64,000 nucleotides of DNA, from assembly GCA_964420065.1 (NCBI GenBank), contig CAYQQK010000003.1:84525-148524 (forward strand), written 5' to 3'. The stretch comes from an uncultured Syntrophomonadaceae bacterium (GTDB lineage Bacteria > Bacillota > Dethiobacteria > DTU022). Positions 29,637 through 39,370 of this stretch are shown one piece after another. How positions within the stretch are numbered: the first letter of the stretch is position 1; each line of letters starts with the position of its first letter. The translations under genes were made by a program, and so were the position numbers. The notes under the pieces were generated by a model. It was not told the origin of the DNA, ran no database searches, and was given only the letters and a program-made list of their open reading frames with translations.

Positions 29637-29865
29637 TTACCCCCCGCCGGATTGACTGCCGGCAAGACCGGTATCGATTGAATACAATATATAGACAACC
29701 GGGTCATATTCCTGCCGGTTGTGAAAATATCTCTTCGTCCAGGCGGCTGTCTGGTGAGCCGGTAACCGCCACTTGTTTGGGGTGGCCTTGCGGTTGCCGG
29801 ACATAAATGGACCGGCGGTGCATAGTAATGAGGTATAAAGACTTCTCCGGAAGGGGGAGGGGTGC

Positions 29866-30402
29866 ATGCGTCGTTTTTTGGTCATCGAGGCGCGGCGTTT
29901 GTTACCGTTAATGTTCCTGCTGGTTCTTCTTGTAAGCCTTTCCATTTACGATAATTTTTTCCGCATTGGACAGCCGGTGTTGCAGCCCGGGGACGAGGAA
30001 ACAGCCAACGTTCTTACCTTCATTACCGCCGGGCGGGGCGAACTGGCTGCAGAAGCGTTTTTCGAGGTGATTCAGACCGGAGCGCAGTGGGTGGAATTGA
30101 TGGAGGGCTGTTCCTACCTGCCTCATTATACTTTCAACGAGGCCTATGAAATGGCCGTAAGTGCCGTGAACAGCGAAATAAAGAACATCAGCATCTTTCC
30201 CCAAACGGATGGGATGGTGCAGGTCCAGGTGCGTGTCGAACACCGGCCGCGTTCATACCATATCGTTACGGTGGAGCGAGAGCGCCTGGGTGAAGGGTCC
30301 CGCTGGCTTTTTCTCGATTCCGAAGATCGCGTTTTGGATGAAGTAATCCTTCTTCCCGCCCCGGAAACGGAAGAACCTTCGGAAACCGGCAGCGAACTAT
30401 AA
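29866..30402 (+). CDS. Hypothetical membrane-anchored protein
   Basis: N-terminal TM (LLPLMFLLVLLVSLSIY) then a soluble domain. No family recognised. Confidence 0.4.
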   Translation: MRRFLVIEARRLLPLMFLLVLLVSLSIYDNFFRIGQPVLQPGDEETANVLTFITAGRGELAAEAFFEVIQTGAQWVELMEGCSYLPHYTFNEAYEMAVSAVNSEIKNISIFPQTDGMVQVQVRVEHRPRSYHIVTVERERLGEGSRWLFLDSEDRVLDEVILLPAPETEEPSETGSEL

Positions 30403-31176
30403 TGATCCGTGCGACCGGCGCATGGCTGCCGCCCCCCGGTACAGGAACGCCGCCAGATCCGCAAGGGAACCCCGGTAGAGGCTGTTGTCGGGCAGGCCAG
30501 CCTGATGGATCGGTTGATTATCAACCAGGAAGGTTTCCATTCCGGCTTCGGCGGCAGCGATCATATCTTCACGCATATCGTTGCCGGCCATAAGGCACTC
30601 CGCCGGGGAAAAGCCAATCCGGGCCGCGATTTCCAGGTAGTAGGCTGGGTTAGGCTTGCAAAAATGCATGTTTTCAATGGTTGTGATGTAGTTAAAGTCA
30701 GATGGTTTTAACTCGCCCCAGGCCATGCGTTGTTCGATTGCGGTAAAAGGGAAAACAGGGTTGGTCGCCAAAACAATCACCAGCCCAGCCTGCCGGGCCG
30801 TTTCCAGAACCTGACGGGACTCCGGGCGGGGGCGGCTCCATCGGTGCAGCTCCGGGTATTTTTCCCGGTAAAAGCGTTCGATAACCGGGGCAACCTTGAT
30901 CCGGGGTTGTTTCAAGCGCCGGCAAAATTCGGCATAAAATACCGTCTCATTGGTCCGCTTCGGGTCGGTATCCTCGATCATGGTCGTTGTTGCTTCCAAA
31001 ACATAACGAATTACGGCTTTGCTCCCGGCGTAAACGGTAAAGAACGGGGCCAGGGCCTGCAGGTAAAGCGGAATGAAACGTTGCATTTCGATGTCAAGAA
31101 GGGTTCCATCCAGGTCCAACAAAACGGCTTTGTACCGATCTCGTATGACACTGTTCTCATTATTGTTCGTCCTCAT
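30397..31176 (-). CDS. HAD-superfamily hydrolase
   Basis: Motif I LLDLDGTLLD and motif IV GNDMREDM... Start placed at the internal ATG 31176 to limit overlap with ylbF. Confidence 0.7.
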   Translation of the reverse strand: MRTNNNENSVIRDRYKAVLLDLDGTLLDIEMQRFIPLYLQALAPFFTVYAGSKAVIRYVLEATTTMIEDTDPKRTNETVFYAEFCRRLKQPRIKVAPVIERFYREKYPELHRWSRPRPESRQVLETARQAGLVIVLATNPVFPFTAIEQRMAWGELKPSDFNYITTIENMHFCKPNPAYYLEIAARIGFSPAECLMAGNDMREDMIAAAEAGMETFLVDNQPIHQAGLPDNSLYRGSLADLAAFLYRGAAAMRRSHGSL

Positions 31177-31567
31177 CCTCGATCCTTTCCCCGTTTTCGC
31201 CCAACATTTCCTCCGGGGAGACAAGCAGATCCGGATCGAATAAAAGTTCAAATGCTTCCGCAATTGTTTTCTGCACATCCTGCATTAACACCGACATCCG
31301 GTACTCCGCCTCGAGATAGTTCCGGATCAGGTTGTTCATGCTGATAATTTGGTAAAGCCGTTCCTGCTTCTCCATTTGTTCTTCGGCTACATCAAGGCCG
31401 GCCATGACTTGCCGCTGCAGTTGCAGCTGTTGGCGACGGAAATCGAGAAGCATTTCTCTGGCCGGAGGATCGTTTTTTAATTCCTCCTGTGCAGTTTTAA
31501 GGCTGGAACACTCTTCCGATTCGCGGACTGCCCGAGCCAGGTAACGGGCCGCATCGTACGGGTTCAT
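31160..31567 (-). CDS. YlbF/YmcA-family regulatory protein (UPF0342)
   Basis: 135-aa all-helical protein with an acidic tail (..IKESEEY-like LARAVRESEECSSLKTAQEEL...). Family call from memory. Confidence 0.6.
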   Translation of the reverse strand: MNPYDAARYLARAVRESEECSSLKTAQEELKNDPPAREMLLDFRRQQLQLQRQVMAGLDVAEEQMEKQERLYQIISMNNLIRNYLEAEYRMSVLMQDVQKTIAEAFELLFDPDLLVSPEEMLGENGERIEDEDEQ

Positions 31568-32706
31568 TGAAACGAACCGCTCCTTCCTGTTTCCGTTCTG
31601 TATTGATCAGCCGGCGCCGGCGATGTGACAACCCCGGGGGCGGGTTTTTCGGGCCGGCCGTAACGCCGGTCAAGCCATCCGGTCAGTTCGCCGGCAGCCC
31701 GTGTCAGGTCACCCGTGTTTATTTCGGCCAGGTAAAGATAACGCCCCGGTCGCGAGTCCAAGTATAGGTAGTCGTAATAGCCGGTGCAAAGCATTTCAGC
31801 AGCCGTGTGGTAGTCATCTGTTTCAAGTAGGGCGAGCAACCGATCGGTGCCTTCCCGGCCCAGGCGCTGTTTCAGGGCTTGGACCGCTTCCTGAAGCTGC
31901 TTTTTTTCCACTGCGCTCGGGGATCGGGGCAGGTATTCTTCTACGATCCGTTTCACCCGTTCAGGCAGGGGGGCGGTAATGCGCAAGTGCACTCCGCGTT
32001 CCATGGCCCCGGTTAAAAAAGGGGGAAGGTGTATATCTCCAATCCGTTTTCCTTCTCCTTCCATGACAATGTAAGGAAAATGATGGAAGTGCTGTAGTTC
32101 TTGCAGCAGCAGTGCCTCAAAATCTTTTTGGGAACGGCGAAGGGGAAAGTTGATCGCACCGAAAACCGAACCGTGATGTTGTGCCAGTTCCTCCAGATCG
32201 AGGGCGGCGTAACCTCGCTCTCTTAAACGACGGATCAGGGCTGTTTTACCGACCCCGGTCAGGCCGCGCAAAATTACTGTTTCCTGTTCCAGGCGGTATT
32301 GTTGCAGGGACCGGTGGACATAACGGCGAAAGGCCCGATAGCCGCCTTTCAGGCGCAAAGCCGGCCCTTGTAACAGGGCCAGGATCTGGCACAAACTCGC
32401 ACTGCGCAACCCGCCCCGCCAGCAGTAAAAAAGCGGTGTCCGGTTTTCTGCGGCCGCATCTATCTCCATGACCATTCGTGGCAGCCTGCTCGAAACCAGT
32501 TGCAAGCCCGCCCGGCGTGCTTCGGCATCACCGCGGGAGTGGTAGATCGAACCGAGTTCTTTACGTTCGGCATCGTTGAGAAGGGGGATATTTATCGCTC
32601 CGGGGATGGAGGCCCGGGCAAATTCCGCCGGGGAACGCACATCAATATAAACAAGGTCGTTTCGCGCAAGCGCTTCTTCGATGGTAATCCCCGGGGTTGA
32701 CAACAT
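31564..32706 (-). CDS. selU: tRNA 2-selenouridine synthase (MnmH/SelU, YbbB)
   Basis: N-terminal rhodanese domain (YIDVRSPAEF...FYCWRGGLRS with active-site Cys) plus a C-terminal P-loop (LRGLTGVGKT). Confidence 0.8.
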   Translation of the reverse strand: MLSTPGITIEEALARNDLVYIDVRSPAEFARASIPGAINIPLLNDAERKELGSIYHSRGDAEARRAGLQLVSSRLPRMVMEIDAAAENRTPLFYCWRGGLRSASLCQILALLQGPALRLKGGYRAFRRYVHRSLQQYRLEQETVILRGLTGVGKTALIRRLRERGYAALDLEELAQHHGSVFGAINFPLRRSQKDFEALLLQELQHFHHFPYIVMEGEGKRIGDIHLPPFLTGAMERGVHLRITAPLPERVKRIVEEYLPRSPSAVEKKQLQEAVQALKQRLGREGTDRLLALLETDDYHTAAEMLCTGYYDYLYLDSRPGRYLYLAEINTGDLTRAAGELTGWLDRRYGRPEKPAPGVVTSPAPADQYRTETGRSGSFQ

Positions 32707-32918
32707 GATTGCCGGTGTCCCTCCTTGAACAGATTATAGCCGATACGTATCGCTCGATGCAAGGCGGCTCCTGTTGTTTCATGGGGGAGGTCTAGATATT
32801 TTCCAACATGTTGCTCTGAATATTGCTCGAGCAATCGTGCCTTCTTCTTCTCAACAGGATCCCCCTGTGTTATAATCAAGGTTAGTTTCCTGTCATTATC
32901 GCGGCAGGAGGGGAAATA

Positions 32919-33281
32919 ATGGCTGCGGACTGTATCTTTTGCAGGATCATCAACAAGGAGCTAAAGGCGGATATCGTCTACGAGGATCAGGAAATAATTG
33001 CGTTTAAAGACGTCAACCCGGCTGCCCCGATCCATTTGCTGGTGATTCCGCGAAAGCATATTCCTTCCCTACTGGACCTAAAGGAAGCGGATGCTCTTCT
33101 GATCGGGCGGTTGCATCTTGTTGCAAACGATCTGGCGCGTGCCTTCAAGCTCGAAAGGGGAGGCTACCGCACTGTAGTCAACTGTGGGCCGGATGCGGGA
33201 CAGGCCGTTTTTCACCTCCACCTCCACCTCCTGGGGGGCAAGCCGTTGTCGCAAAGCTTCGTCGAGGGGCGGGGTGTTTGA
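32919..33281 (+). CDS. HIT-family (histidine triad) protein
   Basis: CIFCRII... and HLHLHLLGG (HxHxHxx motif). Confidence 0.85.
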   Translation: MAADCIFCRIINKELKADIVYEDQEIIAFKDVNPAAPIHLLVIPRKHIPSLLDLKEADALLIGRLHLVANDLARAFKLERGGYRTVVNCGPDAGQAVFHLHLHLLGGKPLSQSFVEGRGV

Positions 33282-33339
33282 GTGAAACGGTGCCCGGCAT
33301 ACCCCCGGGGAGTAGCGAGAGAGGGGGGTAGGATCGATT

Positions 33340-33519
33340 GTGGCTGTCATCAAAGTCGGTAAGAACGAGACTCTGGATAAGGCACTGAAACGTTTTAAAC
33401 GGCAGTGCGCCCGTACCGGTGTTCTTTCGGAAGCACGGCGGAGACAACGTTATGAGAAACCCAGTGTCCGCCGTAAGAAAAAAGCGGAGGCCGCCAGAAA
33501 ACGGCGTTTTTTCAAGTAA
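33340..33519 (+). CDS. rpsU: 30S ribosomal protein S21
   Basis: 59 aa, [59 protein letters not shown]. Shorter than the ORF-track cutoff. GTG start after a GAGAGGGGGG RBS. Confidence 0.85.
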   Translation: MAVIKVGKNETLDKALKRFKRQCARTGVLSEARRRQRYEKPSVRRKKKAEAARKRRFFK

Positions 33520-33525
33520 GTCATT

Positions 33526-33550
33526 GGCCCGGCCTTCGGGCCGGTTTTTT
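33526..33550 (+). terminator. Intrinsic terminator after rpsU
   Basis: GGCCCGGCCTTCGGGCC hairpin followed by TTTTTT. Confidence 0.6.
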
Positions 33551-33629
33551 CATGCGGGGAAAAATCCCGGCCGGTGCCGTCCGTACCGGTTTGGAACAAA
33601 AATCTTTTACCCCGGAGGAGATTGAACGC

Positions 33630-35000
33630 ATGAGCAGGTTAGGCTGGGTGCGGTGCTTGTTCCGGATGATCCTCCCCGTGCTGATTTTATCTCTTTTGGC
33701 CGTTTCGGTGGGGGGAGCTGCAGCGGACGATCAGCCGGTTTTTGTGATTCCGGTCCGCGGTGTTATCGACGGAGGCACCGCAAGTTTCCTGAAACGATCT
33801 TTTCGAGAAGCGGCGGCGGAGGGAGCCGCTGCGGTAATCCTCGAACTGGACACCCCCGGCGGTTATGTTGCTACGGCAGAAGAGATCCGCTGGCTCATCG
33901 ATGACTTTGTATCTCCGGTTTATGTATTTGTTCGACCCCGAGCCGTTTCGGCGGGAGCTTACCTGGCCCTGGTTGCGGACGGGATCTATATGGTTCCGGG
34001 GGCGACCATGGGTGCGGCGGAATTGCGTTTGCTTTGGGGAGAGCCGGTGGACGAAAAGGAACTGTCTCACTGGGAAGGGGAGATGCGGGCGGTAGCCGGG
34101 CGACGCGGGCGCGATCCTGAAATTGCGGCGGCAATGGTCCGGCGCGATCTTGGAGTGGAAGGCCTGGCGAAAAAAGGGGAGCTTTTAACCCTCACTGCGA
34201 TCGAGGCGGAGGAAATTGGTTATTGTGAAGGGATCGTCAACAGCCGGAATGAACTTATGCAGGCGGTCGGGCTTGACGGCCATCCGCTGGTAGAGCCGGC
34301 CCCTTCCTTTTGGGATCGCCTTGTAGCCTGGACCACCCATCCTGTTTTTGCCACCCTGTTTTTGATTGTGGCAATCGGGGCCCTGGTTGTAGAGGTGTTA
34401 ACCCCCGGGTTGGGTGCGGCCGGAGTGATCAGCCTGGCCGCCTTTGCCCTCTATTTTGGAGGCCACGTCGCGGCGGGCTCGGCCGAATATTGGGTGGTGA
34501 TCCTCTTTGGTTTCGGCCTGATCATGCTTCTGGTGGAGGCTTTTATTCCGGGGTTTGGAATTTTTGGGATCACCGGAATTGCCGCCACCCTGGCCTCGAT
34601 TGTCCTGGCGGCGGCCACGCTACACCAGGGTCTGATTATGCTTTCGATTTCCCTGGTTTTGAGTGCGGTAATGAGTTACCTTCTGTTCCGGTTTTTATCC
34701 CGGCGTGGAGCTCTGCGTCATATTATCCTTGCCGATGAAGCACGGTCTGAACTGGGCTATGTGGCTCCGGCAGACTACCGGCATCTCCAGGGCGCCCGGG
34801 GCACCGCTCTTACTCCCTTGCGGCCCGCCGGAGCAGCGGAGTTTAACGGCGAACGGGCGGATGTGATCAGCGAGGGCCTTTTTATCCCCGCCGGGACGCC
34901 GGTTGAGGTGATCGCAATCGAGGGTGTGCGGGTGATCGTTCGCTCAATCCTTCACCCTGATTCCCGGCGAAGCGGTCGTGAAAACGCCGGCCGGGCTTAA
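33630..35000 (+). CDS. NfeD-family membrane-bound ClpP-class serine protease (YqeZ-like)
   Basis: Signal/TM, ClpP-like domain (VILELDTPGGYV...SAGAYLAL), several TM helices and a C-terminal OB domain. Precedes floA as in yqeZ-yqfA. Confidence 0.8.
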   Translation: MSRLGWVRCLFRMILPVLILSLLAVSVGGAAADDQPVFVIPVRGVIDGGTASFLKRSFREAAAEGAAAVILELDTPGGYVATAEEIRWLIDDFVSPVYVFVRPRAVSAGAYLALVADGIYMVPGATMGAAELRLLWGEPVDEKELSHWEGEMRAVAGRRGRDPEIAAAMVRRDLGVEGLAKKGELLTLTAIEAEEIGYCEGIVNSRNELMQAVGLDGHPLVEPAPSFWDRLVAWTTHPVFATLFLIVAIGALVVEVLTPGLGAAGVISLAAFALYFGGHVAAGSAEYWVVILFGFGLIMLLVEAFIPGFGIFGITGIAATLASIVLAAATLHQGLIMLSISLVLSAVMSYLLFRFLSRRGALRHIILADEARSELGYVAPADYRHLQGARGTALTPLRPAGAAEFNGERADVISEGLFIPAGTPVEVIAIEGVRVIVRSILHPDSRRSGRENAGRA

Positions 35001-35102
35001 ATGATCAACCGTTACCGGTCCGGGTTTTGCAACCGCACCGGATGGGCCGGTTTTAAAAACAACCTGCGTGGAGCAATGAAAGGAAAAGGAGGTTGGATCC
35101 AG

Positions 35103-36095
35103 ATGCCAGAACTAATCATTTTGTTCATTTTCGTTGTTCTGATTATTATTTTCCTCACCATTTTGTTTAGTTTTATTCCGGTCGGGTTGTGGATCTCCGC
35201 CATGGCAGCCCGGGTCTCGGTGGGGATCTTCGCCCTGGTGGGTATGCGCCTGCGTCGGGTCGTGCCGGCAAGGATCGTGATGCCTTTGATTAAAGCGACC
35301 AAAGCCGGTCTGGATGCAAGCGTGAATAAACTGGAAGGCCATTATCTGGCCGGGGGCAACGTCGACCGGGTTGTGAATGCGTTGATCGCCGCCCAGCGGG
35401 CCGAGATTCCGCTTACTTTTGAGCGGGCGGCAGCGATCGATCTGGCCGGGCGGGATGTTTTGCAGGCGGTTCAAATGAGCGTTAATCCCAAGGTGATCGA
35501 AACGCCGGTTGTGGCGGCGGTGGCCAAGGACGGCATTGAGCTGGAAGCGAAAGCCAAGGTGACCGTGCGGGCCAATATCGATCGTCTCGTGGGTGGTGCC
35601 GGGGAGGAAACAATCATCGCCCGGGTCGGCGAAGGGATCGTTACCACCATCGGTTCTTCCGAAACGCATAAGGAAGTTCTTGAAAATCCGGATAAAATTT
35701 CACACACCGTGCTCAATAAAGGTCTTGATTCGGGAACCGCTTACGAGATCCTTTCGATTGACATTGCCGACGTGGACGTGGGCAAGAATATCGGGGCCCA
35801 GCTCCAGACCGATCAGGCCGAAGCCGACAAACGTATTGCCCAGGCCAAGGCCGAGGAAAGGCGGGCCATGGCCGTGGCCCAGGAGCAGGAAATGAAGGCC
35901 GCCGTGCAGGAGATGCGGGCCAAGGTGGTCGAGGCTGAAGCGGAAGTGCCTCGGGCAATGGCCCAGGCCTTGCGCGAAGGCAAACTCGGGGTGATGGATT
36001 ACTACAATCTGAAAAACGTGATGGCCGATACTTCCATGCGCGATGCTTTTGGCCGTCTCGGACGCATCGAGCCCGAAGAGCCGATCGATAAATAA
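35103..36095 (+). CDS. floA: Flotillin-like protein FloA (SPFH domain, YqfA)
   Basis: N-terminal [28 protein letters not shown] domain and a C-terminal Ala/Glu-rich coiled coil. AAAGGAGG RBS. Confidence 0.85.
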   Translation: MPELIILFIFVVLIIIFLTILFSFIPVGLWISAMAARVSVGIFALVGMRLRRVVPARIVMPLIKATKAGLDASVNKLEGHYLAGGNVDRVVNALIAAQRAEIPLTFERAAAIDLAGRDVLQAVQMSVNPKVIETPVVAAVAKDGIELEAKAKVTVRANIDRLVGGAGEETIIARVGEGIVTTIGSSETHKEVLENPDKISHTVLNKGLDSGTAYEILSIDIADVDVGKNIGAQLQTDQAEADKRIAQAKAEERRAMAVAQEQEMKAAVQEMRAKVVEAEAEVPRAMAQALREGKLGVMDYYNLKNVMADTSMRDAFGRLGRIEPEEPIDK

Positions 36096-36140
36096 AGCAC
36101 TGTCGCCCGGAGTCGGACCGGGAAAAAGGAAGGGGTTGCC

Positions 36141-36563
36141 ATGGAAAGGATTATCCTTTTGGTCTTGGTGATTATCGTGGTAAACGTCCTTAACCGGGCT
36201 AAGCAAGGTGCTCGAACGCCCGCCCGGGGGGAAGAGCCCGGGCCTTTTCCGTACAAACCCGGCCGGCCTACCCCGCTCCGGGAAGTAGGGCCTTACCGGG
36301 CTTTACCGGCAAGAGAGGTGCCCTCGGTGGGACCGGAACAGTTCCCGGCGCCCTTCCCCGTTATCCGGGAAGGGGGAAATACTGCCCTCGCTGAGTCGCG
36401 TGATCGAAATGATGCCTCCGTTCTGCCCGCCTCCGGGGACGGGGCGCCGGCTCACTTCCAGGCCGGGAAACTGCAGCGCTTATATCGTTCCCGTGACGGT
36501 CTCCTGGCGGCACTCGTTTTTCATGAGCTATTGCAACTTCCGCTCGGTCGCCGCGCCCGCTAG
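36141..36563 (+). CDS. Small membrane-anchored protein, positional YqfB equivalent
   Basis: N-terminal TM (IILLVLVIIVVNVL) then a Pro/Arg-rich region. Assigned by position after floA only. Confidence 0.35.
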   Translation: MERIILLVLVIIVVNVLNRAKQGARTPARGEEPGPFPYKPGRPTPLREVGPYRALPAREVPSVGPEQFPAPFPVIREGGNTALAESRDRNDASVLPASGDGAPAHFQAGKLQRLYRSRDGLLAALVFHELLQLPLGRRAR

Positions 36564-36775
36564 AAACCGTACTTCCTTCTTTCTTGCTAGCGACGGGGAC
36601 AACCTTGCTCGGATGGGGACGGATTCATGATTACGGGTCTGTCCCCCAATTGTATGCCGGCTTCTTTTGTGTTTGCCCCTCCTCCCTGATATTTTGATTC
36701 GACGGTCTGTGGTAATTTACCGGGCCGTCGCATAAATTTTAAGGAGTACTTGCCCCGGGGAGGCCGGTTGAGATC

Positions 36776-37060
36776 GTGTCTTTAAAAAAAAAGGGGGGGC
36801 GCTTTAAAGCGATCTTCTCCGAACTTTTTGAATTGCCGCCCGAAGTGGTGCTGGACCTGCCGCGTCTGACCATGGCTGGCAACTGCCAGTTACTGGTTGA
36901 AAACCACCGGGGGGTTATTTTTTACGGTTCGGCCGAGATCCGGATCGGTATTTCCGGCGGCGCACTGATTGTACGCGGCGAAAACCTGCAGATCGGGAAC
37001 CTTTACGCCGCGGAGCTCCTGATCAAGGGAACGATCGAACACCTCGAATACAATACCTAG
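36776..37060 (+). CDS. yqfC: Sporulation protein YqfC
   Basis: 94 aa; FELPPEVVLDLPRLTMAGNCQLLVENHRGVIFY... matches the YqfC/YabP family. Confidence 0.8.
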   Translation: MSLKKKGGRFKAIFSELFELPPEVVLDLPRLTMAGNCQLLVENHRGVIFYGSAEIRIGISGGALIVRGENLQIGNLYAAELLIKGTIEHLEYNT

Positions 37061-37150
37061 GCCGGCGGGCAGGAAGAAAAGAATGGGTGCCTGCTCGGCA
37101 AAGCAGATCGCGGGCACTGTAGGGCCGAGGAAGGAGGAAACGGATCCTCA

Positions 37151-38353
37151 ATGTTCGTTGTCCGGTGGTGGCGTTTCCTGAAGGGTTATCTGGTGCTCAA
37201 CTTGCGGGGGCGGGGTGTGGAACGGCTGCTAAATCTGGCCATGGTGCGGGGAATCCGGTTCTGGGACCTGCGTCGCTTCGAAAACGGGGCCCAGTTGAAG
37301 GCTTCTCTCTCCACATTCCGGCAGTTGCGCTCCCTGGTTCGCAAAAGCCATTGCCGGATCCATATTGCCGGCCGGGCCGGACTGCCCTTTTGGATGAAAC
37401 GTCTCCACCGCCATCGGGGATTGGCGGCCGGCGCCATATTTTTCTGTATCGCCCTCTACCTGTTCAGTTCATTTATCTGGTCGATCCGTATTACCGGGTG
37501 CGGGAGTATTCCCGTTGGAGAGGTGAAGATCCTGTTGGAACAGATGGGTGTAAGGCCGGGAATCTGGAAGGGTTCACTCGATCTGTATGACCTGGAGGAA
37601 GAACTGGCCCGCCTGCATCCCGGTATTTCCTGGGCCGGTTTTCTCTTGCGCGGTACGCTTTTGGAGATCGAGATTGTCGAACACCTGATGGAACCTCCTT
37701 ACGATAACCGTCCCGGCGACCTGGTTGCGGGCAAGGACGGCCTGGTAGTGCGGGTTTTAACAGTGGAAGGTGATCCGGCTGTGGAGCCGGGGGCAACGGT
37801 CCTTCAAGGTGATCTTCTGATCCGGGGGATGCGGGTCACCCGGGTTCCCGGTGACGGCGGCAAGGTTGAAGAGATTCTGGAACCGGTATCCGCCCGGGGA
37901 ACCGTTGAAGCAAGGGTCTGGTACGAGGCCAGGGCTCCGATCAAAAACAATATCACCGTCACGGTTGAAACGGGCCATACCAGGGAAAGGTGGTATTTAA
38001 CCTGGTCTTCGGGCAACCTTTTGTTGTGGGGATCACGCCGGGATCCGTTTGCCCTTTCACGCCGAGAAGTGGTGCATCGCCTGTTCCGGTGGAGGAATCT
38101 AACCATCCCCGTCGAACTTATATATGAAATCTGTTACGAGCTGCTACACCAGGAGATTGAACTTGACCCCGGCGAAGCACTCCGGCTGGCCCGCCGGGAA
38201 GCTTTACACAGGGTCAAAGCGCAGCTTCCCGAAGGGATCTCGGCCGGGCAGCCCTTTTTTGAAGAATACACGCATATGGGGAAACAGTGGATCCTGGTGG
38301 TGCTGGAGACGAAGGAAAATATTGCCGTTTTCAGGCCACAGCAACCGGATTGA
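37151..38353 (+). CDS. yqfD: Sporulation protein YqfD (stage IV sporulation)
   Basis: 400 aa, N-terminal LRGYLVLNLRGRGVERLLNLA..., central TM, yqfC-yqfD-phoH order. Confidence 0.8.
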   Translation: MFVVRWWRFLKGYLVLNLRGRGVERLLNLAMVRGIRFWDLRRFENGAQLKASLSTFRQLRSLVRKSHCRIHIAGRAGLPFWMKRLHRHRGLAAGAIFFCIALYLFSSFIWSIRITGCGSIPVGEVKILLEQMGVRPGIWKGSLDLYDLEEELARLHPGISWAGFLLRGTLLEIEIVEHLMEPPYDNRPGDLVAGKDGLVVRVLTVEGDPAVEPGATVLQGDLLIRGMRVTRVPGDGGKVEEILEPVSARGTVEARVWYEARAPIKNNITVTVETGHTRERWYLTWSSGNLLLWGSRRDPFALSRREVVHRLFRWRNLTIPVELIYEICYELLHQEIELDPGEALRLARREALHRVKAQLPEGISAGQPFFEEYTHMGKQWILVVLETKENIAVFRPQQPD

Positions 38354-38377
38354 GCAGGCAAGGGGGCCGGTCCATTT

Positions 38378-39370
38378 TTGGAGAAAGAGCATATCAGTGA
38401 ATCTGTTCTGCTCGAAAACGCCGCCGAGTCGATTCAACTTCTCGGTAAATACGATCAGCATATCGGCCTGGTGGAGGAACACTTTCAGGTGCGCCTTCTT
38501 CCCCGGGGGCATGAGCTGGTAGTTGAAGGGACCCGGAACGAAGTCGAGCTGATCACGGAGCTGTTCCGGCAACTGCTCTCTTTTTTGCGCCGGGGGTATC
38601 ATCTTGCCGGCGGCGAATTTGAATACGTTCTGCGTTTGACCCGGGAGGGGGGAGTGGCGCAGGTTCGGGATATTTTGCAGGATCTGGTCCTGGTAACGCC
38701 TCGTGGCAAACAGATCCGCCCCAAGACCGTGGGGCAGAAACGCTACCTCGAAGCGATCCGGCATAATGATATCGTGATCGGAATCGGGCCCGCCGGTACC
38801 GGAAAAACCTATCTGGCCCTGGCCATGGCTATTGATGCCTTGAAAAATAAGCAGGTCCAGCGTTTGATCTTGACCCGCCCCGCGGTTGAGGCAGGTGAGC
38901 ACCTGGGCTTCTTGCCGGGAGATTTTCAGGAAAAGGTTGATCCATACCTGCGCCCGATCTATGATGGGCTTTACGATCTGCTCGGAGTGGACATGTTTCA
39001 AAAATATCGCGACAAAGGGATTATTGAGGTTGCCCCCCTGGCCTACATGCGCGGTCGTACCCTGGACGACTCCTTTGTTATTCTGGACGAAGCGCAGAAT
39101 TCTACATCCGAACAGATGAAAATGTTTCTGACCCGACTTGGTTTCGGTTCCAAGGCGGTCATTACCGGTGATGTGACCCAGATCGATCTGCCCCGCGGTC
39201 GTTTTTCCGGCCTGGAAGAAACTCCGCGTATTCTGGGGGCGATCGAAGGCATCGCTCTGGTCTACCTGACGGATAAGGACGTGGTCAGGCACCCCCTGGT
39301 CCAGGAAATAATTAAAGCGTATGAAACTTACGAGGCTGGCCGGGAAAGCAGGGGAGAAAAGGATTCATGA
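38378..39370 (+). CDS. phoH: PhoH-family ATPase
   Basis: Walker A GPAGTGKTYLA, ILDEAQN, ITGDVTQIDLP. Confidence 0.9.
   Translation: MEKEHISESVLLENAAESIQLLGKYDQHIGLVEEHFQVRLLPRGHELVVEGTRNEVELITELFRQLLSFLRRGYHLAGGEFEYVLRLTREGGVAQVRDILQDLVLVTPRGKQIRPKTVGQKRYLEAIRHNDIVIGIGPAGTGKTYLALAMAIDALKNKQVQRLILTRPAVEAGEHLGFLPGDFQEKVDPYLRPIYDGLYDLLGVDMFQKYRDKGIIEVAPLAYMRGRTLDDSFVILDEAQNSTSEQMKMFLTRLGFGSKAVITGDVTQIDLPRGRFSGLEETPRILGAIEGIALVYLTDKDVVRHPLVQEIIKAYETYEAGRESRGEKDS

Noticed and set aside
38204-39292. 362-aa minus-strand ORF antisense to phoH. Many other long antisense ORFs are of the same kind (e.g. 3068..3628 -, 8970..9542 -, 14381..15052 -, 16091..16549 -, 35112..35669 -, 45602..46258 -, 51765..52412 -).
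   Set aside because: High GC with third-position G/C bias leaves the antisense frames free of stops. The sense-strand genes have unambiguous family signatures. The antisense translations are low-complexity and rich in Arg, Pro and Gly, with no recognisable motifs.
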